From Candidatus Saccharimonadales bacterium (GTDB taxonomy: Bacteria; Patescibacteriota; Saccharimonadia; Saccharimonadales; UBA10212), in the NCBI GenBank assembly GCA_035718045.1, contig DASTHV010000021.1:1-33649 (forward strand): 33,649 nucleotides of DNA, in the 5' to 3' direction. The position numbers and the translations under genes were made by a program. The number at the start of each line of letters is the position of its first letter. Positions within the stretch are counted from its first letter, which is position 1. The notes beneath the pieces were generated by a model. That model saw only the letters and a program-made list of their open reading frames with translations. It was not told the DNA's origin and made no database searches. Shown piece after piece: positions 17,267 through 24,864 of the stretch.

Positions 17267-17290
17267 AAATACTTAACATGTTAAGTATTT
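17267..17290. repeat. 24-bp perfect palindrome AAATACTTAACATGTTAAGTATTT (copy 1 of a family)
   Basis: Read directly. It overlaps the stop codon of the ABC permease gene and lies 58-81 nt upstream of the murJ ATG. Confidence 0.95.
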
Positions 17291-18395
17291 ACTCCCAGCG
17301 GAAGACCCGAAAAGCGATAAGGTAAATGATGATCAGCCAAATCGTGATTATTCCCAGCTGCGGACCTAAATCAAGCAAACTCTTGCCTTCGGTGATAATC
17401 AAGCGCCCGCCATCAATCACCGGTGTCAAGGGCATGTAGTTAGTAACACTTTGCAGCCAATGCGGCATTAAAAACCGCGGGAAGAAAACCCCTGTCAGAA
17501 ACATCATTGGAAACACGATTATATTGCCTAGCGGCGCTGCCTGGCGTTCATTGCGAGCCCAGCCGCCTAGCGCCAAGCCGATTCCCAAAATCATAATGAT
17601 GCCGTAGGCCAAAAAGACGGCCAATTCAAGGTAGTTACCGACGGTCTTAAGGTGAAATACAGCGATAGCCACTATAAACATAACGGCAATCGACATCAGG
17701 CCAGTTACGGCGTTGCCCAACATATTGGCCAAAAAATACTGCCAGACCCTAAGCGGCGTGGTGTGCAGGCGTCGCAAAATGCCCATTTTTTTCAATTCCG
17801 GAAAAACATTCATGGGGCCGAATATTCCGGCGCCCAAAATCGAAAAGCCCAGCAATCCGGTAAACGTATAATCAAAGGCGCTCAAACTATGTTCGTTAGT
17901 TTGCTTACTAACTACCGTAAATGGCGTTTTGGCGGCTACCAGTTTGGAGTTAATACCTTGGAACTGCGCTTGGAGTACCGAAGTTAGGGTCTGCGCCGCC
18001 TGCTCATTGTTCTGCGTATAGTGCACAACCGCCTGTCCGGAGGGAACTCCGTTCTTCTCAACGCCGAAGCTGGGCGGCAGTTCAACCGTGGCGTCAATCT
18101 CGCCGCGGCTCATCTGCTTATTGGCATCGGCAAAACTGGTGATATCCTTATTCACCTTGATAATCTTGCTTTTGTCCAGCTGGCCGACGAATTGTTGGGC
18201 GTAAGGCTGACGCGACTGGTTAATTATCGCTACCTTTAACGAAACCGAGTTGCTATGGCTCAGCGAGCCAAAGACCGCCAAAAAAATCAAAGGGAATAAA
18301 AAAGTAAAAAACAAAGCTAGGCGGTCACGGAACAACCGCCGCAAGTTGATAGTAAAAAATACCCAGACCGTATAAAGTTTTCTGCTTAAACTCAT
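17289..18395 (-). CDS. ABC-2 type transporter permease
   Basis: The track ORF is trimmed to ATG 18395 (MSLSRKLYTVWVFF...), which makes an ATGA overlap with the ATPase stop. One TM helix, a large extracytoplasmic loop, then five C-terminal TM helices: the ABC-2/YhhJ-like architecture. Confidence 0.8.
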   Translation of the reverse strand: MSLSRKLYTVWVFFTINLRRLFRDRLALFFTFLFPLIFLAVFGSLSHSNSVSLKVAIINQSRQPYAQQFVGQLDKSKIIKVNKDITSFADANKQMSRGEIDATVELPPSFGVEKNGVPSGQAVVHYTQNNEQAAQTLTSVLQAQFQGINSKLVAAKTPFTVVSKQTNEHSLSAFDYTFTGLLGFSILGAGIFGPMNVFPELKKMGILRRLHTTPLRVWQYFLANMLGNAVTGLMSIAVMFIVAIAVFHLKTVGNYLELAVFLAYGIIMILGIGLALGGWARNERQAAPLGNIIVFPMMFLTGVFFPRFLMPHWLQSVTNYMPLTPVIDGGRLIITEGKSLLDLGPQLGIITIWLIIIYLIAFRVFRWE

Positions 18396-19150
18396 GTCTG
18401 TAATCCCTTTCCGGTCAGATCGATAAAGACATCTTCCAGGTTGGCTTGCTCTACGTGCTGGTCTTTTTTGAAGCCGCGCTTTAGTAAAGCCTTGATCAGG
18501 TTTTTGGGAGTATCCAAGGCGATGATCTTTCCTTGGTCCATTATAGCGATGCGGTCGCACAAAATTTCGGCTTCTTCCATGTAATGAGTCGTTAAGATAA
18601 CGCTGATTCCGCGGTCACGGACTTCTTTAATAAGCTCCCATAGATTGCGGCGGGCCTGCGGGTCCAGTCCGGTGGTCGGTTCGTCCAAAAAGAAAATCTT
18701 CGGACTGTGTACCAGCGCGGTTATGATGGAAAACCGCTGTTTTTGACCGCCGGATAGGTTCTCGACGTAGCTGTCGGCCTTATCGCCTAGATTGACTTCC
18801 TCTAAAAACTTCCGAGGATCGACTTTCTCGCCGTACGCCGCCGCGAACATCTGAATAAGCTCGCTCAGCTTCGTCTTATCCTGAAAACCAGGTGTCTGCG
18901 GCTGCACGCCGATAATGCCGCGGATTTCATAAGGGCGCTCGGCCACATTAACGCCGTCAATCTCGGCGCTGCCGCCGTCAATTTCCCGCAGGGTCTCTAT
19001 CATCTCCAGCGTAGTGGTTTTGCCAGCGCCGTTGGGCCCCAAGATACCGAATATCTCGCCCTTTTTGACTTCAAAGCTGATGCCGTCTACGGCTTTTTTG
19101 CCGTCATAGGACTTTCGCAGGCCTTTAACCTTAAGAATAACTTCAGACAT
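18392..19150 (-). CDS. ABC transporter ATP-binding protein (ABC-2/DrrA-like exporter)
   Basis: Walker A GPNGAGKTT, signature LSGGQKQR, Walker B IFFLDEPTTGLD and H-loop TTHYMEEA. Confidence 0.93.
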   Translation of the reverse strand: MSEVILKVKGLRKSYDGKKAVDGISFEVKKGEIFGILGPNGAGKTTTLEMIETLREIDGGSAEIDGVNVAERPYEIRGIIGVQPQTPGFQDKTKLSELIQMFAAAYGEKVDPRKFLEEVNLGDKADSYVENLSGGQKQRFSIITALVHSPKIFFLDEPTTGLDPQARRNLWELIKEVRDRGISVILTTHYMEEAEILCDRIAIMDQGKIIALDTPKNLIKALLKRGFKKDQHVEQANLEDVFIDLTGKGLQT

Positions 19151-19179
19151 TCCAAAATATTATACAGGCTCAGTTTTAT

Positions 19180-19211
19180 AAAAAAAGCCCGCCCTATCTA
19201 TGTCCGGGCGG
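19180..19211 (-). terminator. Rho-independent terminator after the 65-aa gene
   Basis: Reverse strand: CCGCCC-ggacatagata-GGGCGG followed by cTTTTTTT. Confidence 0.55.
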
Positions 19212-19238
19212 ACTTCTAATGTGTAGTCTTTGTCTTAA

Positions 19239-19436
19239 CTATTTACGCTTGAGGGTCAAGAAACCGTTGCGCGGGTTTTCGTTGACAACGCGGTCATCGG
19301 GCAGATCAATGCCAGTGTCAGGCCGTTCGTCCTTAGAAAAGTAGTAAATAGTCTGTGTCTTTCCGCCGCGAAGTGTTACCTCCTTAGCATTTAAATAGTA
19401 TGTAACACCTTTGCTGTTAGTGTGCTTGTAAGCCAT
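19239..19436 (-). CDS. Small hypothetical protein (65 aa)
   Basis: Strong SD (GGAGAGAGGGAAG before the ATG), its own terminator, and a basic C-terminus. No family recognised. Confidence 0.6.
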   Translation of the reverse strand: MAYKHTNSKGVTYYLNAKEVTLRGGKTQTIYYFSKDERPDTGIDLPDDRVVNENPRNGFLTLKRK

Positions 19437-19680
19437 TTACTTCCCTCTCTCCGTTAATTAGTAATGGTACCCCTAAAATACCCCTTAAAGATTTCCCTTG
19501 TCAACAAGTATTTAGTACAACGGGGCATAAGAGGTACCTATACTGCTGACCGTCCTCTCTGGAGAATAGATGTTTCGCTGACAGCGCAATCAAAAAATAA
19601 ATATACAGAAATGGTTGCAACCTAAAGTGCTTATGCGTTAGTATATGGTGGTATTAAAAGAATAAAAGGTGGTAACAAAT

Positions 19681-20334
19681 ATGGAATTTATGTCCCGTGG
19701 AGACAATCGATCAAGCGCACCAGCGCCCCAACCTGCCCCTAGGCCAACTCACAGTAGACGAGGAGGCGACTGGCAGGGCCGTGCAATTAGGATAGAGTGG
19801 TTCATCTTTACCGCTCTAGTAGCAATAGTTTTGCTGGTAGCGATAGGATGGTTAATCTTTGCCAATTCATCCAGCACCTCGGAATCGGATCAAATCAAGT
19901 CAGATAAGTACCAGGCCGTATTTCTAAACGGCGGCGCGACCAGCGGGTCGGTAGCCTATACGACTTACTTTGGTCATATCTCTAAATTGAACAATAACTA
20001 CTTTGTCCTTAAAGATATCTACTACCTAACGACCAGTAACAGCACCGACCAAAGCCAAGCGACGCCGCAACTCACTAAGCTAGGTTGTCAGCAGCTGCAC
20101 TCGCCCTATGACGAGATGGTCATTAACCGCAGTCAGGTAGCTTTCTGGGAGAACCTGCAAGACAACGGTAAAGTGGTTCAGGCTATCAAGCAGTTCCAGC
20201 AGCAGAATCCTAACGGACCGAACTGTAACGCCAGCTCGAGCAACAACGCTCCAAGCAGTACTCAAAACTCCACCTCGACTCAACAGTCGACTACTCCTAA
20301 CAACAGCACGGGCAGTAGCACCGGTACTCACTAG
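19681..20334 (+). CDS. N-terminally membrane-anchored extracytoplasmic protein with an S/T/N/Q-rich tail
   Basis: Start moved from GTG 19669 to ATG 19681 (AGGTGG SD 7 nt upstream). One TM helix (WFIFTALVAIVLLVAIGWLIF), a globular part with a Cys pair, and a low-complexity C-terminus. Confidence 0.6.
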   Translation: MEFMSRGDNRSSAPAPQPAPRPTHSRRGGDWQGRAIRIEWFIFTALVAIVLLVAIGWLIFANSSSTSESDQIKSDKYQAVFLNGGATSGSVAYTTYFGHISKLNNNYFVLKDIYYLTTSNSTDQSQATPQLTKLGCQQLHSPYDEMVINRSQVAFWENLQDNGKVVQAIKQFQQQNPNGPNCNASSSNNAPSSTQNSTSTQQSTTPNNSTGSSTGTH

Positions 20335-20350
20335 AGTTTAGGCTCAAGCC

Positions 20351-20384
20351 AAAATAACCCCTCGATTTTCAGAGGGGTTATTTT
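20351..20384. terminator. Bidirectional hairpin terminator between convergent genes
   Basis: aaaataacccctc-gattttca-gaggggttatttt, with U-tracts on both strands. Confidence 0.7.
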
Positions 20385-20965
20385 TTATTTGCTAATTTGT
20401 AAAAGGAGTAACGAACAATAAAAGCCATGAAGAAAACTATGCTCAGCGCCAAACTCCAGCCAGCCAGATCGGGCGACCAGCTGGGGCTGACAAAATCAAA
20501 TTCGTATAGGCCTGTCGGGACGGGTGCCAGAGTAGTATCTACTCCGTGGCTAGAGACGTAGGCCTGCACACAGGGCACCCGTGTAGTCCCGTAGTAGGCG
20601 TGATTGATGGATTGGCAGTAATTTTGGGCGTCGGTATAGATTTGCGAGTTGGCGGCTTGTAACTGGGACTGTTCGCTATCGATTAGCCGTTGGTAGGTAT
20701 ACTTTAGTTGAATCGGCGGCTTGATGTTGTTATTGCCGCTGGAAAGATCAGTGTTCATGTGCGAATAAACGTAGCGGCGCAGATTATTCAGAGCGGTGTT
20801 AACATCGCCGTTATTTTTATCGGCCGTATAAACGGCATCGCGGAGCTTTATCATCTGCTGGTTGTTATGGCGCAGCGCCAGGATGCAGACTATGCCGCAA
20901 ATAATGAACGCCCACAGGAAAAACTTGTAGGGTAACCCTGCGATAAACTTCAGTATTTTTTTCAT
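20378..20965 (-). CDS. Two-TM membrane protein with an extracytoplasmic Cys-containing domain (hypothetical)
   Basis: Track ORF trimmed to ATG 20965 (MKKILKFIAGLPYKFFLWAFIICGIVCILAL...). C-terminal TM helix WSLALSIVFFMAFIV. Confidence 0.6.
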   Translation of the reverse strand: MKKILKFIAGLPYKFFLWAFIICGIVCILALRHNNQQMIKLRDAVYTADKNNGDVNTALNNLRRYVYSHMNTDLSSGNNNIKPPIQLKYTYQRLIDSEQSQLQAANSQIYTDAQNYCQSINHAYYGTTRVPCVQAYVSSHGVDTTLAPVPTGLYEFDFVSPSWSPDLAGWSLALSIVFFMAFIVRYSFYKLANKK

Positions 20966-21032
20966 AAGCCTGATTAGTATGTTGTCACAGCCCCGACCAA
21001 CCGTCAAAAAATCACGCGCGCGTACTATTTTT

Positions 21033-21067
21033 TAGCTTTTAGCTTTAGGCTTTACGCTTTAAGCTAT
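21033..21067. repeat. Five imperfect heptamers (TAGCTTT TAGCTTT AGGCTTT ACGCTTT AAGCTAT); the last 28 nt are repeat copy A flanking murC
   Basis: Read directly, ending 4 nt before the murC ATG. Confidence 0.85.
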
Positions 21068-21071
21068 AGTT

Positions 21072-22385
21072 ATGCATATTTTCTTTTCCGGAATCGGCGG
21101 GGCCGGAATCGGTCCGCTAGCTCTGATAGCCAAACAGGCCGGCTATGACGTCAGCGGCTCGGACGCTAAAGACAGTTCTTACATCAGCTACTTAAAAAAA
21201 CAAGGCATATACGATATCCATATCGGTCAAACCAAAGAGCAGATTAGTGATTTACATTCTAAAAATCCCATCGATTGGTTCGTGTACAGCTCGGCCTTGC
21301 CGATGACCGACCCAAACCACCCCGAACTGGCATTCTGCCGAGATAAAAGCATAAAAGCTACCAGACGCGATGAACTGTTAAATGAGATTTTGTCGCAGAA
21401 AAAATTGAAACTAGTAGCCATTGCCGGCACTCATGGCAAAACCACCACCACCGCTATGGCTATCTGGCTGTTTAAACAACTCCAGCTGCCGGTCAGTTAT
21501 TCCGTAGGCGCCAAGCTCAGTTTTGGCGACATGGGACATTTTACTGATAAAAGTGAATACTTTATCTATGAAGCCGATGAATTTGACCGTAATTTTTTGA
21601 ACTTTTATCCAGAACTCGGTATCATCAGCGGGCTGGACTGGGACCATCCGGACATTTACCCCACTCGTGAGTCTTACTATGAGGCTTTTAGCGAATTTAT
21701 CGATCAAAGTAACCGAACGGCTTTGTGGCACGATGACGCCGAAAAGCTAGGGCTGGAAGTTTCTGACGAAATGTTAATTCTAGATGAAAAGGATCCGCTA
21801 ATCGATCACAGAATCGCCCTTCCCGGCCACGTTAACCGTCTGGACGCTTGGCTGGTCAGCCATGCCCTACAGCCGATAATTGACAGACCGATTGATGAAA
21901 TTCTAGGCGCCGCAAATCGTTTTCCGGGAGTTTCGCGCCGGTTCGAGAAACTAGCTGCCAATCTGTACACCGATTATGCCCATACGCCAGCTAAAATCCG
22001 CGGCGCCCTGCAATTGGCCCATGAAGTGGCCGGGGACAACGTCGTAGTTATTTACGAGGGCTTACACAATCTGCGTCAGCATTTCATCAAAGATGAACTG
22101 GCCAGCTTGTTTGACGAAGTAAAGCAACTTTACATCGTTCCTAGTTACCTGGCTCGCGAAAATAAAGATTTAGAACTTTTGACCCCTGATAAATTACTTA
22201 ACATGTTAAGTAATTCCAGTCAAAGCCATACCCAAGCCGCTCAGTTAAATGACCAACTGGCAACCGACATCAGGAAACATTCCTCTGCCGGTGACTTAGT
22301 GCTATGTTTAACCGCCGGCGGCACCGGCTCACTAGATGAGTGGCTCCGTCAAAACATTAGCCGAAAGCCACAAGCTGAAAGCTGA
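21072..22385 (+). CDS. murC: UDP-N-acetylmuramate--L-alanine ligase
   Basis: GIGGAGIGPLA, IAGTHGKTTTTAM and EADEFDRNFL...DHPDIY are collinear with E. coli MurC motifs. Confidence 0.87.
   Translation: MHIFFSGIGGAGIGPLALIAKQAGYDVSGSDAKDSSYISYLKKQGIYDIHIGQTKEQISDLHSKNPIDWFVYSSALPMTDPNHPELAFCRDKSIKATRRDELLNEILSQKKLKLVAIAGTHGKTTTTAMAIWLFKQLQLPVSYSVGAKLSFGDMGHFTDKSEYFIYEADEFDRNFLNFYPELGIISGLDWDHPDIYPTRESYYEAFSEFIDQSNRTALWHDDAEKLGLEVSDEMLILDEKDPLIDHRIALPGHVNRLDAWLVSHALQPIIDRPIDEILGAANRFPGVSRRFEKLAANLYTDYAHTPAKIRGALQLAHEVAGDNVVVIYEGLHNLRQHFIKDELASLFDEVKQLYIVPSYLARENKDLELLTPDKLLNMLSNSSQSHTQAAQLNDQLATDIRKHSSAGDLVLCLTAGGTGSLDEWLRQNISRKPQAES
22192..22215. repeat. 24-bp perfect palindrome AATTACTTAACATGTTAAGTAATT (copy 2, inside murC)
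   Basis: Read directly. It differs from copy 1 only by a symmetric A>T / T>A pair. It encodes ...LLNMLSN... Confidence 0.95.
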
Positions 22386-22399
22386 AAGCCAACCGTAGC

Positions 22400-22427
22400 T
22401 AGCTTTAGGCTCTAGGCTTTAAGCTAT
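22400..22427. repeat. 28-nt repeat copy B (TAGCTTTAGGCTCTAGGCTTTAAGCTAT), 26/28 identical to 21040..21067
   Basis: Read directly. It fills the gap between the murC stop and the stop of the convergent gene. It is an imperfect hairpin in itself, and is preceded by inverted GAAAGCT heptamers (22372..22392). Confidence 0.9.
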
Positions 22428-22919
22428 TTATCTGTAGGCGTAGTAGGCGGTTATTACTAAAAAAGCGGTCACGACTACGGTAACAGAAAAGGCTGTTATA
22501 GGGAAACCGATGGCCGGCTTGGGGGCTTGGGTGTTGGCCTTTTGGGCTTGCGGCGATGGCGATTTGCGTGGAGCGGCGGGCGACGGATTAGAAGCCCCTT
22601 CTTTGGTCTGAGGCTTGGGATTCTTAGAAAAGAAATGATGCTTAGACACAGTCTTTTTCTCGTTGTCCACCTCGTGCATAATTTTATCCAATTCGGCGTC
22701 CGGATTTACCGGCTTGGCGGTGGCGCCGGCCTGAACTTTAAGCGGAATATTGTGGACTAGCTCCGGGCTAAGGGTCTGCGGCGTTCCGTCAGCGGCGACG
22801 GCTGGCTGGGTGGATTGAGGCTTTGCAGGCGCCGCGGACGCCGGTGCGGGCGCCACTACGTCCTGCATCAATCGTTCGGTCCGCTGCGGCGTAGCGTGTA
22901 GCGTTTTAGCGGGATTCAT
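22428..22919 (-). CDS. Pro/Ala-rich tail-anchored membrane protein (hypothetical)
   Basis: GGGAGGG SD, low-complexity P/A/Q-rich sequence, and a single C-terminal TM helix (ITAFSVTVVVTAFLVITAYYAY). Confidence 0.5.
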   Translation of the reverse strand: MNPAKTLHATPQRTERLMQDVVAPAPASAAPAKPQSTQPAVAADGTPQTLSPELVHNIPLKVQAGATAKPVNPDAELDKIMHEVDNEKKTVSKHHFFSKNPKPQTKEGASNPSPAAPRKSPSPQAQKANTQAPKPAIGFPITAFSVTVVVTAFLVITAYYAYR

Positions 22920-23022
22920 CCCAACCCTCCCGTACAGGCTGTTTGTAAATTAACGGTTTGCATTTGTCATTTTGTTTAAGTTTGTATATTGCAATTCTAT
23001 CACGGCGCGTTTATCTGATTAA

Positions 23023-23679
23023 ATGTATACAGTGACTTTTGAGCAAAAACTGCGCGCTGCCGAGAGGCATTTATCAAAGCAGGATAAAAATCTGGCTAGG
23101 ATCATCAAGGCCAGCGGGCCGTGCCGGCTCAAGCCGCACACCGACCACTATGGCGAGCTAGTGGGCAGCATCGTAGGTCAGCAGCTTTCTGCCAAGGCTG
23201 CCGGGGCGATTTGGCATCGTGTTTTGGCACTATTTGACAGTCATATGCCAACGCCCGAAGAATTAATTAAAGTCGACGGCCAAAAGCTGCGTGATATCGG
23301 CCTGAGCTGGGCCAAAGTAAAGTACGTCAAAGATCTGGCGGAACACGTGCTGGATGGGCGGTTAGATTTAAACCATGTAGCCACTATGCCCAACGAACAA
23401 TTAATTGAGCAATTGACTGCGGTAAAGGGGCTGGGCGAGTGGAGCGCCCATATGTTTATGATTTTTGGTCTAGGCAGACTGGATGTTTTGCCGGTGGGCG
23501 ACTTAGGCGTGCGCAAAGCGATTATGAACTTGTACAGACTGGAACAATTGCCGGATCCAGCTGCCTGTGTAACGATCGCCAACAAATACGACTGGCACCC
23601 TTACGAATCCGTAGCGGCTTGGTATTTATGGCAAAGTTTAGACAATAACCCCGGTAAAAAATCCCGCCACGGCACCTAG
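23023..23679 (+). CDS. DNA-3-methyladenine glycosylase II family (HhH-GPD, AlkA-like)
   Basis: HhH motif LTAVKGLGEWSAHMF and the catalytic-Asp region LPVGDLGVRKA. Confidence 0.8.
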   Translation: MYTVTFEQKLRAAERHLSKQDKNLARIIKASGPCRLKPHTDHYGELVGSIVGQQLSAKAAGAIWHRVLALFDSHMPTPEELIKVDGQKLRDIGLSWAKVKYVKDLAEHVLDGRLDLNHVATMPNEQLIEQLTAVKGLGEWSAHMFMIFGLGRLDVLPVGDLGVRKAIMNLYRLEQLPDPAACVTIANKYDWHPYESVAAWYLWQSLDNNPGKKSRHGT

Positions 23680-23866
23680 ATGACATTCGTCAATCAAGCG
23701 AGCCCACTAAAGTCTAAATGACTTGAGAAAAACAGAGAGAGAGACAAGTGAGATTAAAGGCGAATCGAGCACAAGCTCTGCTCTGCGCGCAGATTCCCTT
23801 TTAGCGAACGTAGGCTCAACCGTCTGGTTTTTCGACTGTCATGAAGATTTTGGTGGGCGAGCGGTG

Positions 23867-24208
23867 TTAGCGGCTGTCACCTTCAGATTTTATAACACCG
23901 CGAGCGTGGCGATCTGCCAGTTTAGCAAGGTTACCTTCAGCTATTTTTCCCAGTGGTTCATCTAGGTAGTGCGCGATGGCGCTAAGATACCAAAGCACAT
24001 CACCAAGTTCTTTAAGGATTGCCTGCCGGTTAGCCTGGTCCAATTTACCGCCGTCATTGCGTTGAACTTTTTTGATCCGCTCGGCTACTTCGCCGGTTTC
24101 GCCAACCAGACCTAGAATTTTATTTATAAACGCGGTTGATAAAAAGTCGCCTCTGCCGCCGTAAACATCGGTCTTAATCGCCTTCTTCTGGTAATCGTCA
24201 AACGTCAT
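23867..24208 (-). CDS. MazG-like nucleoside triphosphate pyrophosphohydrolase (all-alpha NTP-PPase)
   Basis: F..YQ..A..T, GLVGETGEVAE and ELGDVLWYL, which are the EExxE/ExxD metal-binding helices. ATGA overlap with tsaC. Confidence 0.8.
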   Translation of the reverse strand: MTFDDYQKKAIKTDVYGGRGDFLSTAFINKILGLVGETGEVAERIKKVQRNDGGKLDQANRQAILKELGDVLWYLSAIAHYLDEPLGKIAEGNLAKLADRHARGVIKSEGDSR

Positions 24209-24864
24209 AAATTACTCCTATCTTCTATTTTAACAGCGCCTTGGCGAACAGTTTTAAGACGGCCGTTTTCCAAGATCGCCAAAGTTGACGGCGGATTGTC
24301 CAGCTCGCCGACATCCACGTAAAAATCAAGCTTATCACCAAAAAATTCTTGCGCCGCCGCTACGGAAGCTACGGGCTGTTGGCCTTGCAGGTTGGCGCTG
24401 GTGCTGACAATCGGGCCGACTTGGCGAATCAAGTCCCTGAGTTCAGGATAGTCCGGCACACGGATCGCGAAATGTTTGAAGCCCCGGTGTAGCCAATGCG
24501 GGCTAGAAGGCGCTTGAAATTCCAGACTGATTGCCCCCGGCCAGTATGGCTCGACCTGTTTAGCCTGATTTCCTGAAATACTTAACAAGTCAAGCATTTT
24601 TGTATCGGCAATCAGGACGATGAGGGGCTTATTGGAATCCCTACCCTTTAGCTTATGTATGCGCTCGACCGCCGCTTTATCCAATGCTCGGCAAGATAAT
24701 CCGTAAATCGTGTCAGACGGCAGCAAGCCTACTGCGCCGTCTCGCAGCAGCTCCACGACTCTATCATCGAACTTATCCGTCACATAGCTCACAGCTACAT
24801 AGCTTCGCACAAAAATATATTTTATAAAACCTTTAGAGTCCGCCGTAGCCGCCGCCGTAGCCAT
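24205..24864 (-). CDS. tsaC: L-threonylcarbamoyladenylate synthase (TsaC/YrdC/Sua5 family); start uncertain
   Basis: LLPSDTIYGLSC, KGRDSNKPLIVLI and VSTSANLQG. The track start at 25005 lies deep inside the upstream gene. ATG 24864 or GTG 24810/24792 are more plausible. Confidence 0.8.
   Translation of the reverse strand: MATAAATADSKGFIKYIFVRSYVAVSYVTDKFDDRVVELLRDGAVGLLPSDTIYGLSCRALDKAAVERIHKLKGRDSNKPLIVLIADTKMLDLLSISGNQAKQVEPYWPGAISLEFQAPSSPHWLHRGFKHFAIRVPDYPELRDLIRQVGPIVSTSANLQGQQPVASVAAAQEFFGDKLDFYVDVGELDNPPSTLAILENGRLKTVRQGAVKIEDRSNL

Noticed and set aside
18396-18560. 55-aa N-terminal extension of the ABC-2 permease (track start 18560)
   Set aside because: The extension is read from inside the ATPase gene in another frame and is Arg/Pro-rich. 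ATG 18395 gives the standard ATGA coupling and a sensible N-terminus before TM1.
23782-23793. 12-bp GC palindrome TCTGCGCGCAGA followed by TTCCCTTTT, considered as the alkA terminator
   Set aside because: As an RNA hairpin it would have only about 4 bp once a minimal loop is allowed. It lies about 100 nt past the stop, so it is not convincing as an intrinsic terminator.
23680-23866. Possible tRNA or other structured RNA gene in the long spacer
   Set aside because: I could not build an acceptor stem or T-arm (no GTTCRANYC-like box) on either strand. The only helices are short. It is left as an unassigned spacer with low interest.
23723-23965. 80-aa + strand ORF spanning the spacer and the 3' end of the mazG-like gene
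   Set aside because: It has no SD or promoter, half of it is antisense to a recognisable MazG-family gene, and the translated sequence has no features.
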